Source: a bacterium
Lineage (GTDB): Bacteria; SAR324; XYD2-FULL-50-16
DNA: 64,000 bases
Direction: 5' to 3'
Assembly: GCA_032250835.1 (NCBI GenBank)
Contig: JAVVEA010000018.1
Location: 1-64,000 of the forward strand
The notes beneath the pieces were generated by a model that was not told where the DNA came from, did not search any database, and was given only the letters and a program-made list of their open reading frames with translations. Positions 30,206 through 41,013 of the stretch are shown piece after piece. Both the position numbers and the translations under genes were made by a program. Numbering within the stretch: the first letter of the stretch is position 1; the number at the start of each line of letters is the position of its first letter.

Positions 30206-31369
30206 ATGAAAAGAGAACGCCAAGGCAGGTTGCACACCACGCTCACCTTAGGGGAAGCCGTTGAGGCTTTTGTCCCTTCGCCTCTGCCCCCAAGCCCATC
30301 AATCGATTGGACAACGGAGCTTCAGGTACAATTTGCCAAAGCCAATCGTGCTCTTGGCGGGTTAGATCAGGTCTCCTCTCTCTTGCCCAATCCGGCCTTA
30401 TTTATTTATACCTACATCCGCAAAGAGGCGGTTCTTTCTTCGCAAATTGAAGGCACCCAGTCCTCACTTTCAGACCTTTTGAGCTACGAAGCCGGTGGGC
30501 ACCCTGGTGTACCTCTGGATGACGTCGAGGAAGTTAGTTGTTATGTGGCAGCCCTTAACCACGGACTGGAGCGAATTCGCTCGGGCTTCCCGCTCTCTAA
30601 CCGACTGTTCAAGGAAATCCATCGGAAGCTGCTGGGTTCTGGCCGGGGTAGCAACAAATTACCCGGTGAATTTCGAAGGAGTCAAAATTGGATCGGAGGC
30701 ACTCGCCCCGGCAATGCCCACTTTGTGCCACCGCCGCCGGAAGCTCTGGCGGAATGTATGGGGGGATTGGAGAAGTTCCTTCACGGCGAGCCCGCCCAAA
30801 CACCTACACTGGTAAAAGCGGCCTTGGTGCATCTTCAGTTTGAAACAATCCACCCCTTTTTAGATGGAAACGGTCGGTTGGGCCGGTTGCTCATCACGCT
30901 TCTCTTGTGCGCTGAAGGAGTGTTAAAGGAGCCCCTTCTTTACCTTAGTCTGTTCTTCAAGACCCACCGAACAACCTACTACCAAATGCTGGACCAAGTC
31001 CGACAAGATGGCGATTGGGAGGCCTGGTTATCCTTCTTTGCCGAAGCGGTCACGTCAACGGCAGAGCAAGCAACCACAACGGCAAGAGCGCTATTCATGC
31101 TCGTGGATAAGCACCAGGAGCAAATACTGCTGGCCCGACCCAAGATGAAAAACAGCCTTTCTCTCCTCTTTCCAATCATCGCTCGAAAGCTGGTGGTGAC
31201 TTCGGAGAGCTTAGTAAATGACTCGGAGTTAACGCCCGCAACGGTCAACGCTTGTTTAAGGGCGCTGACGGAACAAGGCATCATCGAAGAAACAACGGGC
31301 AAGAAAAGAGGTCGGGTGTTTTGCTACACCGCTTGTTTGGAGTTGCTGGATCGTGGGCTAGAAAAGTAA
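30206..31369 (+). CDS. Fic family protein with N-terminal inhibitory motif and C-terminal wHTH
   Basis: EAVLSSQIEGT; HPFLDGNGRLGR; C-terminal LTEQGIIEETTGKKRGRVF. Confidence 0.95.
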   Translation: MKRERQGRLHTTLTLGEAVEAFVPSPLPPSPSIDWTTELQVQFAKANRALGGLDQVSSLLPNPALFIYTYIRKEAVLSSQIEGTQSSLSDLLSYEAGGHPGVPLDDVEEVSCYVAALNHGLERIRSGFPLSNRLFKEIHRKLLGSGRGSNKLPGEFRRSQNWIGGTRPGNAHFVPPPPEALAECMGGLEKFLHGEPAQTPTLVKAALVHLQFETIHPFLDGNGRLGRLLITLLLCAEGVLKEPLLYLSLFFKTHRTTYYQMLDQVRQDGDWEAWLSFFAEAVTSTAEQATTTARALFMLVDKHQEQILLARPKMKNSLSLLFPIIARKLVVTSESLVNDSELTPATVNACLRALTEQGIIEETTGKKRGRVFCYTACLELLDRGLEK

Positions 31370-31406
31370 TGGGTAGGGTCCAGTATATCAGGTGACAAAT
31401 TGGTGT

Positions 31407-31853
31407 ACTGTCACCGGATTTTATAATCCAGCTTCTTGACAACGGGTTTTTAAAGTATGCAGGCCCTATTTAAGTCGCCAAGGCCCCTGGGCTTCTATTT
31501 GTTCAACCTTACCTTCGGCTTCTAGGGCATGAAGTATGGCAACAACGTAATATTGCTGCTGGGTAGAATTGGCTTTGGGGAGGTCGCCGAAGTCGAATCC
31601 ACAGGCTCTGAAAATTTTCGCCTGCCGAATACCCTCTCTTCCGGCTTTACAATCTTCGTTGGCCAGCATGAATTCCAAAACCAATCGTTTTGCAGCACTA
31701 CGCAATTCTTCACCGCGCTTTTCAAATTCAGTCATCATTTTGTTGCAATCATGTTGTTTAACAATAGGCCACCTAAGATTGATCATTATCCATAGGTTTT
31801 AATATGGCTATATGGAAACCTAGTGGCTAATTCCGAAAAAACCCTGTGACAGT
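31407..31853. repeat. 16-bp inverted repeats (14/16) bounding a one-gene segment
   Basis: ACTGTCACCGGATTTT (31407-31422) vs AAAACCCTGTGACAGT (31838-31853). Confidence 0.55.
31466..31738 (-). CDS. Small hypothetical protein, probable winged-helix
   Basis: AT-richer ORF; IRQAKIFRAC...ILHALEAEGKVEQ...WRLK; start uncertain (31738/31786). Confidence 0.65.
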   Translation of the reverse strand: MMTEFEKRGEELRSAAKRLVLEFMLANEDCKAGREGIRQAKIFRACGFDFGDLPKANSTQQQYYVVAILHALEAEGKVEQIEAQGPWRLK

Positions 31854-31921
31854 TAGTCCATTTTCCTAATTCCGGTTCCCTGTCATCGGGCTTAGATATC
31901 CGGCAAAACCCGCTGGCCGCT

Positions 31922-32620
31922 CTAAAACCCAACCAAGTGCGTGATCGCTCGTGCTATGCTGGTGATCTTGGTTTTGGAGGTATTGAAGCAGGCGTGGTAA
32001 TGCTGGTGGTCGCTTAGGTCTGCGTTGAGGAATTCCCGAAAGAAGAGGGAGCTGGATTCTTGGGCTTCTAATACCGCAGCGGAGGCCTCATCTTTGCTGC
32101 ATCCGGTGCGTAACATGTAGCTATTGACTCGGTGCCATTCGGGCGCGTGGAGCCGAAAGTGGAAGCAATGGGGCAGGTCTTCGCAGATCACTGAGCCGCC
32201 GCGGCCCACGATGATCGCATGCCCGGCGCTGGCAATCGAAAAGATGGTGTCCGCAATCTTGCGGAAGTTGCCTTCTTGTTCTTCGCTCCAATTCCGGCTG
32301 AGCATCGCCTTCAGCCGATCTACCGCACTGGCTTTATCGCCCAGGTGATCCAAAAACTCTTTGGTCATGTCGTATTCCGTTTCGAGCTTTTCGATCAGGC
32401 TCCGGTCAAAGATGGTCCATTGGTCGCCCGAGGCGTCTTCAAGCAGTTCCTTGAGCGCCACCGCCAAAGGGTAGCCTTCACAGCCATACTCGCGCGAAAT
32501 GGTGATCGAGCGGCTGGACATAATCCGGTTTTCGGTTTCCGCTTCTTTAAGCGCCTTGGCCCGTTGCTGTTCTAGCCAGGCGGCAATCTTGCGGTCTAGT
32601 TCGTGGATTTCTCGGCTCAT
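31922..32620 (-). CDS. Cytidylate kinase-like family protein
   Basis: ITISREYGCEG, AIIVGRGG, HFRLHAP, YHACFNT. Confidence 0.88.
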   Translation of the reverse strand: MSREIHELDRKIAAWLEQQRAKALKEAETENRIMSSRSITISREYGCEGYPLAVALKELLEDASGDQWTIFDRSLIEKLETEYDMTKEFLDHLGDKASAVDRLKAMLSRNWSEEQEGNFRKIADTIFSIASAGHAIIVGRGGSVICEDLPHCFHFRLHAPEWHRVNSYMLRTGCSKDEASAAVLEAQESSSLFFREFLNADLSDHQHYHACFNTSKTKITSIARAITHLVGF

Positions 32621-32757
32621 CTACCACCCCCTGGTTGGTTCAATTGATTTCCGACGCCGAAAAAAGCAGCCAGAAAAAATTATTCACAGGAACTGGATAG
32701 TAGAATACCATGGCCTTATTGATTCGCAAAGACCTTTGATTCACCTTCAGGCACTGC

Positions 32758-33405
32758 ATGAAAGACGAGTTGATCCGATCTACCAATCTAGAACGCTTGC
32801 TCCAGCTGATCCACGCTGAAGGCATGGAAAAGGCGCAGACCGAAGCCAACCATTTGCTGGCCTCGGCCAAGGAAGAGGCCCAACGGCTATTAGACAACGC
32901 CAAACAAGAAGCACGCAAAATGCACCAAGAGGCGGAGCTGCATCTCAAGCGCTCCGAAGCCGCCCAGACCGAGCGTCTTTCCATGGCCGCCCGAGACCTC
33001 TTACTGCAATTAAGCGAGCAGTTAACCCAAGGTTTTAAGCGCTTTGTCCAGACCGAGGTAGAGGCCCGCCTAACGCCGGAGTTGATCGCTAGCTTCTTAA
33101 CCTCCCTGGCCCAAGCGCCGCAAAGCCAAAAACCCTTAGACCTGCTGGTTCCCCACAAAGACCTAGAGGCTATAGAAGCAGCGCTGCAAAAAGCCTTTGG
33201 CGAAAAGCTCGTCGAGGAAGTGCGTCTACAAGGGAGCGACAAGGTGAGCGCCGGGTTGTTGGTGCAAGAAGAGGGAGCCGATGCCTTTTTGGACTTTAGC
33301 GCCGCCGCCTTGGCCCAGCGCATGACCCGCTACTTAAGCCCGCGCCTTCGCGACCTTTGGGAAGAAGCCACCGCCCCGTTGGAGGGCAGCGGAGGTCGGC
33401 CATGA
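32758..33405 (+). CDS. ntpE: V/A-type ATP synthase subunit E
   Basis: LLQLIHAEGMEKA..EA..L...AK.EA coiled coil; LDFS...L...LSPRL; first gene of operon. Confidence 0.85.
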   Translation: MKDELIRSTNLERLLQLIHAEGMEKAQTEANHLLASAKEEAQRLLDNAKQEARKMHQEAELHLKRSEAAQTERLSMAARDLLLQLSEQLTQGFKRFVQTEVEARLTPELIASFLTSLAQAPQSQKPLDLLVPHKDLEAIEAALQKAFGEKLVEEVRLQGSDKVSAGLLVQEEGADAFLDFSAAALAQRMTRYLSPRLRDLWEEATAPLEGSGGRP

Positions 33406-33956
33406 GTTATCCTTACCTACTCGCCACGCTACCCCCGCTAGATTTCAGACAAAAGCCTGAGATTACCTCAGACCAGCTGATTGAACTATGCCGGGGCCAC
33501 CTAAGCGAAGCCGAACAGTCCCAGCTAGAGGGGGTCTTCGCCAACCCGCCCCTAGAAGAGGGGCCTCAGGTGTTGCAAGAATATTTGGGCTTTCGCCGCA
33601 GCCTAGACCACGAATTAGCCCAACTACGGGCCCAGGAACTCCAAAGCAAGGCGGACTTGAGTACCGATTTAATGCCCGAAGCCCCCAAACCCCTGGCCGA
33701 AGAAGCCAAACATGCCCACAATCCCTTAGAGTCCGAAATGATCCGTTTGTACCATCTTTGGGATCGTTTGCGGCAGCTTGAGGCCAACCACTTCCTCAAC
33801 TTTTCGGCACTGTTGATCTACGCCTTGCAATTGCGGTTGTTAGAACGCAAAAATCAATTTGATGCCGAAAAGGGGCGGGCGAAGCTCAAACAACTGGCCC
33901 ACGAACTTCTGCCCAATCGCTTCATTGCACCAACGATGGAAGAGGAGGCCTCATGA
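33402..33956 (+). CDS. V/A-type ATPase subunit C-like (DUF2764-type) protein
   Basis: Y.YLLATLP.L, NPLESE, HF..F..L..Y..QL..LER; between E and A; GGAGG SD. Confidence 0.8.
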   Translation: MSYPYLLATLPPLDFRQKPEITSDQLIELCRGHLSEAEQSQLEGVFANPPLEEGPQVLQEYLGFRRSLDHELAQLRAQELQSKADLSTDLMPEAPKPLAEEAKHAHNPLESEMIRLYHLWDRLRQLEANHFLNFSALLIYALQLRLLERKNQFDAEKGRAKLKQLAHELLPNRFIAPTMEEEAS

Positions 33957-35678
33957 GCAGTTTGGCTACAGTGGTGGGCGTCAACGGCAACCTCGTTAAG
34001 GTGCGGTTCACCGGCCAGATCATGCAAAACGAAATTGCCTTGGTCCATTTAGGGGATCAACGCCTTAAAGGCGAGGTGATCCGCATCCGAGGCAACGAGG
34101 CAGAGCTACAGATCTTTGAGGATTGCAAGGACGTAGGCCAAGGGGACTCGGTGGAGTTTACCGGGGACCTGCTTTCGGTCCAGCTGGGGCCGGGCTTATT
34201 GGGGATGCTCTTTGACGGGCTGCAAAACCCACTCAACCGGATGGCCGCCGAACAGGGATTTTTTACCCCCCGAGGCAGCCAAATCCCCTCTTTAGACCCA
34301 GAACAACGCTGGGCCTTCACGCCCAAAGCCCAGGTCGGGGACCGGCTGATGCCCGGTGATTTACTCGGGACGGTCCCCGAAGGTAGATTTGAGCACCGCA
34401 TCATGGTCCCCTTTTACCTTAAGGGTCCTTTGGAGCTTAAAGAGCTGGCGGCGGCCGGGGAATTTGACTTACAAAGGCCTATCGGGCGGGCGGTTGACGT
34501 TGACGGCAAGAGCCATGAACTAAAGTTGGGCTTCCGCTGGCCGGTCAAGAAGCCGGTCAAAATCTACCAAGAGCGATTGATGCCCACCGAACCGATGGTC
34601 ACCCAGGTGCGGATTGTGGACGCCCTGTTTCCGGTGGCTAAGGGGGGTACCTACTGCATCCCCGGTCCCTTTGGCGCAGGCAAGACCGTGTTGCAGCAGA
34701 TCACCAGCCGCTACGCCGAGGTAGACATCGTGATCATCGCCGCCTGCGGCGAGCGGGCCAACGAGGTGGTGGAGACCATCAAAGAATTCCCTGAATTGAT
34801 CGACCCAAAGACCGGCAAAAGCCTGATGGAGCGCACCATCATCATCTGCAACACCAGCAGCATGCCGGTGGCGGCGCGCGAATCTTCGGTATACACCGCC
34901 GTAACCCTAGGCGAATATTACCGCCAAATGGGTCTGGATGTGTTGATGCTGGCCGACTCGACCAGCCGCTGGGCCCAGGCGTTACGCGAGCGCAGCGGAC
35001 GGCTAGAAGAAATCCCCGGAGAGGAAGCCTTTCCGGCCTATCTAGAAAGCACCATTGCCAGTTTTTACGAACGGGCCGGCCGGGTCCGGTTTAAAAGCGG
35101 AGACATCGGCAGCCTAACGATCGGCGGCACCGTCAGTCCCGCTGGCGGCAACTTTGAAGAGCCCGTCACCAAGGCTACTTTAAAGGTAGTCGGTGCCTTC
35201 CATGGCCTTTCACGCGAGCGCTCCGATGCGCGCCGCTATCCCTCTATCGACCCTTTGGAATCCTGGAGTAAATACCCCGGTGTGATCAGCGCGCCACGCC
35301 GCCAGAAGGTGTCCAAGCTATTGCACCAAGTCTTTGAAATCAATCAGATGATGAAAGTGATCGGCGATGAAGGCACCAGCACCAAAGATTACACCACCTA
35401 CCTTAAGGGTGAATTCTTTGATTCCGTCTTTTTGCAGCAAAACGCCTTCGACGAGGTGGACGCCGCCACCCCTAAAGAGCGCCAAGAAACCTCTTTTTCT
35501 ATGGTCGAGCTGTTGGTCGAAGCAGACCTGAATTTTGAGGATAAAGATTCGGCCCGTAAGTTTTTTACCGGCCTGCGCCAGCGGTTTATTGACTGGAACA
35601 GCTTACCTTCTGATTCTCAGGGTTACCAAAAGAAAGCCGAAGAAATCGTCTGGTTGATCCAAAAGCAAGGGGGTGCTC

Positions 35679-35686
<8 letters not shown>
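33953..35686 (+). CDS. ntpA: V/A-type ATP synthase subunit A
   Basis: Walker [40 protein letters not shown]. Confidence 0.97.
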
Positions 35687-36974
<1,288 letters not shown>

Positions 36975-36977
36975 GTT

Positions 36978-37592
36978 ATGGCCCAAATCCGACTCACCCA
37001 GACGGCACTGAAGCAGCAGAAGGATCAGCTCAAGACCTTCCGCCGCTTCTTGCCCACCCTATTGGTCAAGAAACAGCTGCTGCAACGCGAATTGCTCGCC
37101 TGCCGGGCGCGGATCGAAGCGTTAGAAGAGCGGGTGCGCCAGCTTTGGCTTGAGTTAGACGAATGGGTGGGTCTCTTTGCCGAAGAGATCGGCTTAGATC
37201 AGTTGGTCCAGATTGAGTCCATCGAAACGGATTTAGAACCCGTTGCGGGGTTGGAGTTGCCTCGTTTTAAGGGCCTGACCCTTAAGACCATCCCTTATGA
37301 CCTCTACAAAACCCCTCTTTGGACCGAACGGGGGATCGACGCGCTCCAGCGGTTGGCTAGCATTGAGGCCGAAGTATCCTTAGAGTTCGAGGCCGAAGAA
37401 CTCATCGCCCATGAACTACGCATCACCGGACAGCGGGTCAACCTCTTTGAGAAAGTCAAAATCCCACAAACCCAAGAAAATATCCGCCGCATCCGTACCC
37501 ACCTGGACGATCAAGCGGTTGCCGCCGTGGGCTGGGCTCGGGGAGCCAAGAAGAAGCTGGCCCAGCGGCCTTTAGTCAAGGGGGTTTTATGA
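36978..37592 (+). CDS. ntpD: V/A-type ATP synthase subunit D
   Basis: RFLPTLLVKKQLL, QRVNLFEKVKIP. Confidence 0.95.
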   Translation: MAQIRLTQTALKQQKDQLKTFRRFLPTLLVKKQLLQRELLACRARIEALEERVRQLWLELDEWVGLFAEEIGLDQLVQIESIETDLEPVAGLELPRFKGLTLKTIPYDLYKTPLWTERGIDALQRLASIEAEVSLEFEAEELIAHELRITGQRVNLFEKVKIPQTQENIRRIRTHLDDQAVAAVGWARGAKKKLAQRPLVKGVL

Positions 37593-39406
37593 TTGAGCCC
37601 ATGACCCGCGCCACCTTATTGTTTCAAACAAGCTGCCAAGACATCGCGCTGCGCGCCCTGGGTGAGGCCGGGGTGATCATGTTAGACGAGCCTAAAGAAA
37701 TCCATTTGGAGGCCTTAGGCGAACAACGCCGCCGGGCCGAAGCGCTACGGAACTGGCTCGCGGGACAACCGGCAGAACCCTACGGCGAGCCGGAATTGGG
37801 CAAAGAGCGTTTTGAAACCATCGAAGCCCTAAAATCCGAGCAAGACCGGCTAACCCGCCAAATCACCCACCAGCGGGCCCAGGCCCGGCGCTGGACGGAG
37901 TTGGGCGACTTTGATTCTGGTATTTTGCGCCACTTGCGTGACGCGGGCTGGACCTTAAATCTTTACGAATTGCAATCTAAAGAGTTCGAAGCCTTAGGTC
38001 CCCGTGTATTCTGGTTCCCCCTCTTTGAGCGGCACCACCGCTGGGTAGTGGCGCTGGTATCTAAAGACCCCGAACCTGTCGAGGGGTTGCGCCGCGCCGA
38101 GTGGCCTGAGCACAACCCCAGCGAACTGCGCGCCATGGCCTTTGCCAATGCCCAACGGTTGGCTCAGGTGCAAGCGGAGTTGGACTTCCTGCTCGAAGAC
38201 AGCGCCCCGCTCTTTGCGTACCTCTTAAAACTAGAAAACAACCGGCAATTTGAAGAAGCCCAGGCGAGCCTAGAGGACTACGGTCCCTTATCTTACACCT
38301 GCGGTTACCTTCCCAGCAAGGAGTTGGACGGCCTGCGCCAGTTGGTCAGCGAACGGGGGATGGTGCTGCTCGAAGAACCTGCCGAACCCGGCGAATCGGA
38401 CCGAGTGCCGACGTTGCTCAAGCAAAACCAATGGAGCCGGCTGTTTAACCCGGTGCTTAAGTTTATCGGTGTGCTTCCGGGCTACCACGAACCCGATGCC
38501 AACGGTCTCTTTTTAATATTCTTCAGCCTCTTCTTCGCGCTCTTGGTCGGTGATGCGGGCTATGGTTTGATCATGCTGGTCGGCACCGCCGGGGCCCAGT
38601 GGAAGGTCAAAGGCGGCAACCGCCGCATCTACGGGCTGTTTTACCTGTTAGGGGCTTCAACGCTCGTTTGGGGGGCGCTCACCGGGCTTTGGTTTGGGAT
38701 GGAATCGGCCTTAGACTGGCCGCTGTTGAGTTACCTAGTGGTGCCCCAGATCAATGCTTGGGCCGAAGACTCGGGCCCCTTTTTGATCCGGCTGACCTTT
38801 ATCATCGGCTTAGTCCAGCTATCTATTGCCCATCTCTGGCGGATTCTACGCGCCGGCGACCTCTGGACGCGGCTCAGCGAAGCCGGGTGGCTGTTGTTGC
38901 TTTTTGGGCTTTATCAGTTGGCGCTATTTTTCGTGTTGCGTGAGCCCTTGTCGGACTTAACGGTACCGGTGATCGGCGCGGCGCTGGGCCTAGTTTTATG
39001 TTTTAGCGAGCAAAAGCCCCAACAATCCTTCGCCAAAGGCTTACTCCAGGGTCTGGCCAATTTCCCGCTGAACCTGCTCGATGCGGTGGGCAACTTCTCG
39101 GATCTGGTCTCTTATATCCGTCTCTTTGCGGTAGGGCTCGCCACCAAAGAGATGGCCGTGACCTTCAACCACTTGGCCCTAGGCGTAGGGTTCGACAGCT
39201 GGTTGGCTGGTCTGGGCGCGGTGGTGGTCTTGCTCTTGGGCCATTGGATCAACCTGATGCTGGCGGGCATTGCCGTGATGGTTCATGGCATCCGTCTGAA
39301 CTTCTTAGAATTTTCTAAACACCTCAGTCTAGAATGGACGGGACGGCCTTTCCGCCCCTTCAAGCTACAACCTGAAACCAAAGGGAGCTATGGAACTGAT
39401 CAATAG
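37589..39406 (+). CDS. ntpI: V/A-type ATP synthase subunit I (a)
   Basis: PTLLK, PGYHEPD, GDAGYG, SYIRLFAVGLA, HGIRLNFLEF. Confidence 0.95.
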   Translation: MIEPMTRATLLFQTSCQDIALRALGEAGVIMLDEPKEIHLEALGEQRRRAEALRNWLAGQPAEPYGEPELGKERFETIEALKSEQDRLTRQITHQRAQARRWTELGDFDSGILRHLRDAGWTLNLYELQSKEFEALGPRVFWFPLFERHHRWVVALVSKDPEPVEGLRRAEWPEHNPSELRAMAFANAQRLAQVQAELDFLLEDSAPLFAYLLKLENNRQFEEAQASLEDYGPLSYTCGYLPSKELDGLRQLVSERGMVLLEEPAEPGESDRVPTLLKQNQWSRLFNPVLKFIGVLPGYHEPDANGLFLIFFSLFFALLVGDAGYGLIMLVGTAGAQWKVKGGNRRIYGLFYLLGASTLVWGALTGLWFGMESALDWPLLSYLVVPQINAWAEDSGPFLIRLTFIIGLVQLSIAHLWRILRAGDLWTRLSEAGWLLLLFGLYQLALFFVLREPLSDLTVPVIGAALGLVLCFSEQKPQQSFAKGLLQGLANFPLNLLDAVGNFSDLVSYIRLFAVGLATKEMAVTFNHLALGVGFDSWLAGLGAVVVLLLGHWINLMLAGIAVMVHGIRLNFLEFSKHLSLEWTGRPFRPFKLQPETKGSYGTDQ

Positions 39407-39830
39407 TCTAGGCAACGGCGGCTATGTGCTCGCCCTCAGCTTGGCCGCCGCCGGTTCGGCGCTGGGCACCGGCACCACGGGCATGGCGGCGGTGGGTGCT
39501 TGGCGCAAGGCTTTTTTAAAAGGTAAGTCCGCGCCCTTTATCCTGGTCGCCTTTGCTTCGGCCCCCTTAAGCCAGACCATCTACGGGATGATCTTGATGA
39601 ATGCGCTGGTCGCCGCACCGGACGCCGACCCCTTGGCCCGCTTGTTTACCGGCTTCTTCGGCGGGCTGGCGATGGGCATGTCGGCTTGGTATCAAGGCAA
39701 AGCTGGCGCCGTCGCTTGTGATGCTTTGGTCGACACCGGCAAGGGCCTGGGTAATTATATCATGGTCTTAGGGATTGTGGAGACGGTGGCGCTGTTTGTG
39801 ATGGTCTTTTTGATGACCAATTTAGGTTAA
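39390..39830 (+). CDS. ntpK: V/A-type ATP synthase subunit K (4-TM proteolipid)
   Basis: GSALGTG, PLSQTIYG, YQG, GIVETVALF. Confidence 0.95.
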   Translation: MELINSLGNGGYVLALSLAAAGSALGTGTTGMAAVGAWRKAFLKGKSAPFILVAFASAPLSQTIYGMILMNALVAAPDADPLARLFTGFFGGLAMGMSAWYQGKAGAVACDALVDTGKGLGNYIMVLGIVETVALFVMVFLMTNLG

Positions 39831-39848
39831 AATCCAGCCCCTGTAGAC

Positions 39849-40874
39849 ATGAAACAATTGCTTTGGTTGCTGCTGGGCCTGTTCGTTGCTGCTTGCAGTA
39901 ACTCAGAGCCGGATTCGCCCCAATGGCGCAATGGCTCGTTCCATAACCTAAGCAACGACGAGATCTTAAACCAGAATATACTCGACTACCTCTGGGCCCG
40001 CTTCACTGCCGAAGAATACCATGCTTGGCCCGAATCCATCCCCTACCAGCAAGTAGCCCCTGCGTGGGAGCCGGTCCCGCCAGGGGAGGTGCAGGTGCGC
40101 CTGTTGGGCCATGCGTCGGTCTTGGTGCGTTTGCCGCAGCTAAACCTCCTGATTGATCCCCATTGGTCGCCAAGGGCCAGCCCCTTTTCTTTTATGGGCC
40201 CCAAGCGGGTACGGCCCCCGGCGGTCCGGTTTGAGGACTTACCGCCCATCGACCTCGTCTTGATCAGCCACAACCACTACGACCACTTAGACCTTCCCAC
40301 GCTCAAGCGACTACAAAAAGCCTTTAACCCCCTGTTTTTAGTTCCCCTAGAAGCAGATAGGCTGCTCAAGTCAGAGGGCATCTTGCGGACCCAAGGAATG
40401 GACTGGTGGCAGTCTGAGGACCTCAAAAACCTAAAGGTCACCTTTGTTCCAGCCCAGCATTTTTCCGCCCGTGGCCTCTTTGACCGAGCCCAGACCCTGT
40501 GGGGCAGTTGGCACCTAAAAACCCAGGGCTTGAGCCTTTACCACGCAGGCGATACGGCGATGGCCGAACATTTTGCCTTGATCGCCCAAAAGATGGGCCC
40601 GGTAGATTTGGCGGTCTTGCCCATTGGGGCCTATGTGCCTTGGGATTTCATGCAAAAGGTCCACCTCAACCCGGAGCAGGCCGTCGAGGCCCACCTGCAA
40701 CTTCAGTCCAAACAAAGTCTGGCCATGCATTACGGCTACTTTCAGCTCACCGGCGAGCCCATTGAAGAGCCCCCGATCCGACTAAAAGCTGAGTTAGCCA
40801 GAAGAGGCTTGGATGAGCGTGATTTTTCCACCCCCGCCTATGGGGACTTGATCCTTTTGGAAAACCCGCCCTAA
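39849..40874 (+). CDS. MBL-fold metallo-hydrolase lipoprotein (NAPE-PLD/RomA-like)
   Basis: Lipobox VAAC; GHAS, SHNHYDHLD, PAQHFSAR, AGDT, LPIGAY, MHYG. Confidence 0.9.
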   Translation: MKQLLWLLLGLFVAACSNSEPDSPQWRNGSFHNLSNDEILNQNILDYLWARFTAEEYHAWPESIPYQQVAPAWEPVPPGEVQVRLLGHASVLVRLPQLNLLIDPHWSPRASPFSFMGPKRVRPPAVRFEDLPPIDLVLISHNHYDHLDLPTLKRLQKAFNPLFLVPLEADRLLKSEGILRTQGMDWWQSEDLKNLKVTFVPAQHFSARGLFDRAQTLWGSWHLKTQGLSLYHAGDTAMAEHFALIAQKMGPVDLAVLPIGAYVPWDFMQKVHLNPEQAVEAHLQLQSKQSLAMHYGYFQLTGEPIEEPPIRLKAELARRGLDERDFSTPAYGDLILLENPP

Positions 40875-41013
40875 AAGAGGCTAGTAGCGCGTTTATCGCC
40901 TTATTTTTTTAGCTTCTGTGCTGGGCCAAATGAAAATAATCAGGTAAAAGAGGCCAAGCCAAAAAACGTCTTTGTTGAGAGACCTTTGGCGCAACCCTAT
41001 CTGAACCAGACTT

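Noticed and set aside
30000-31900. Prophage or IS element at the Fic islet
   Set aside because: No integrase, transposase, phage gene or target-site duplication visible
32640-33323. 227-aa minus-strand ORF
   Set aside because: Antisense to ATPase subunit E; Ser/Ala/Arg-rich with no motif
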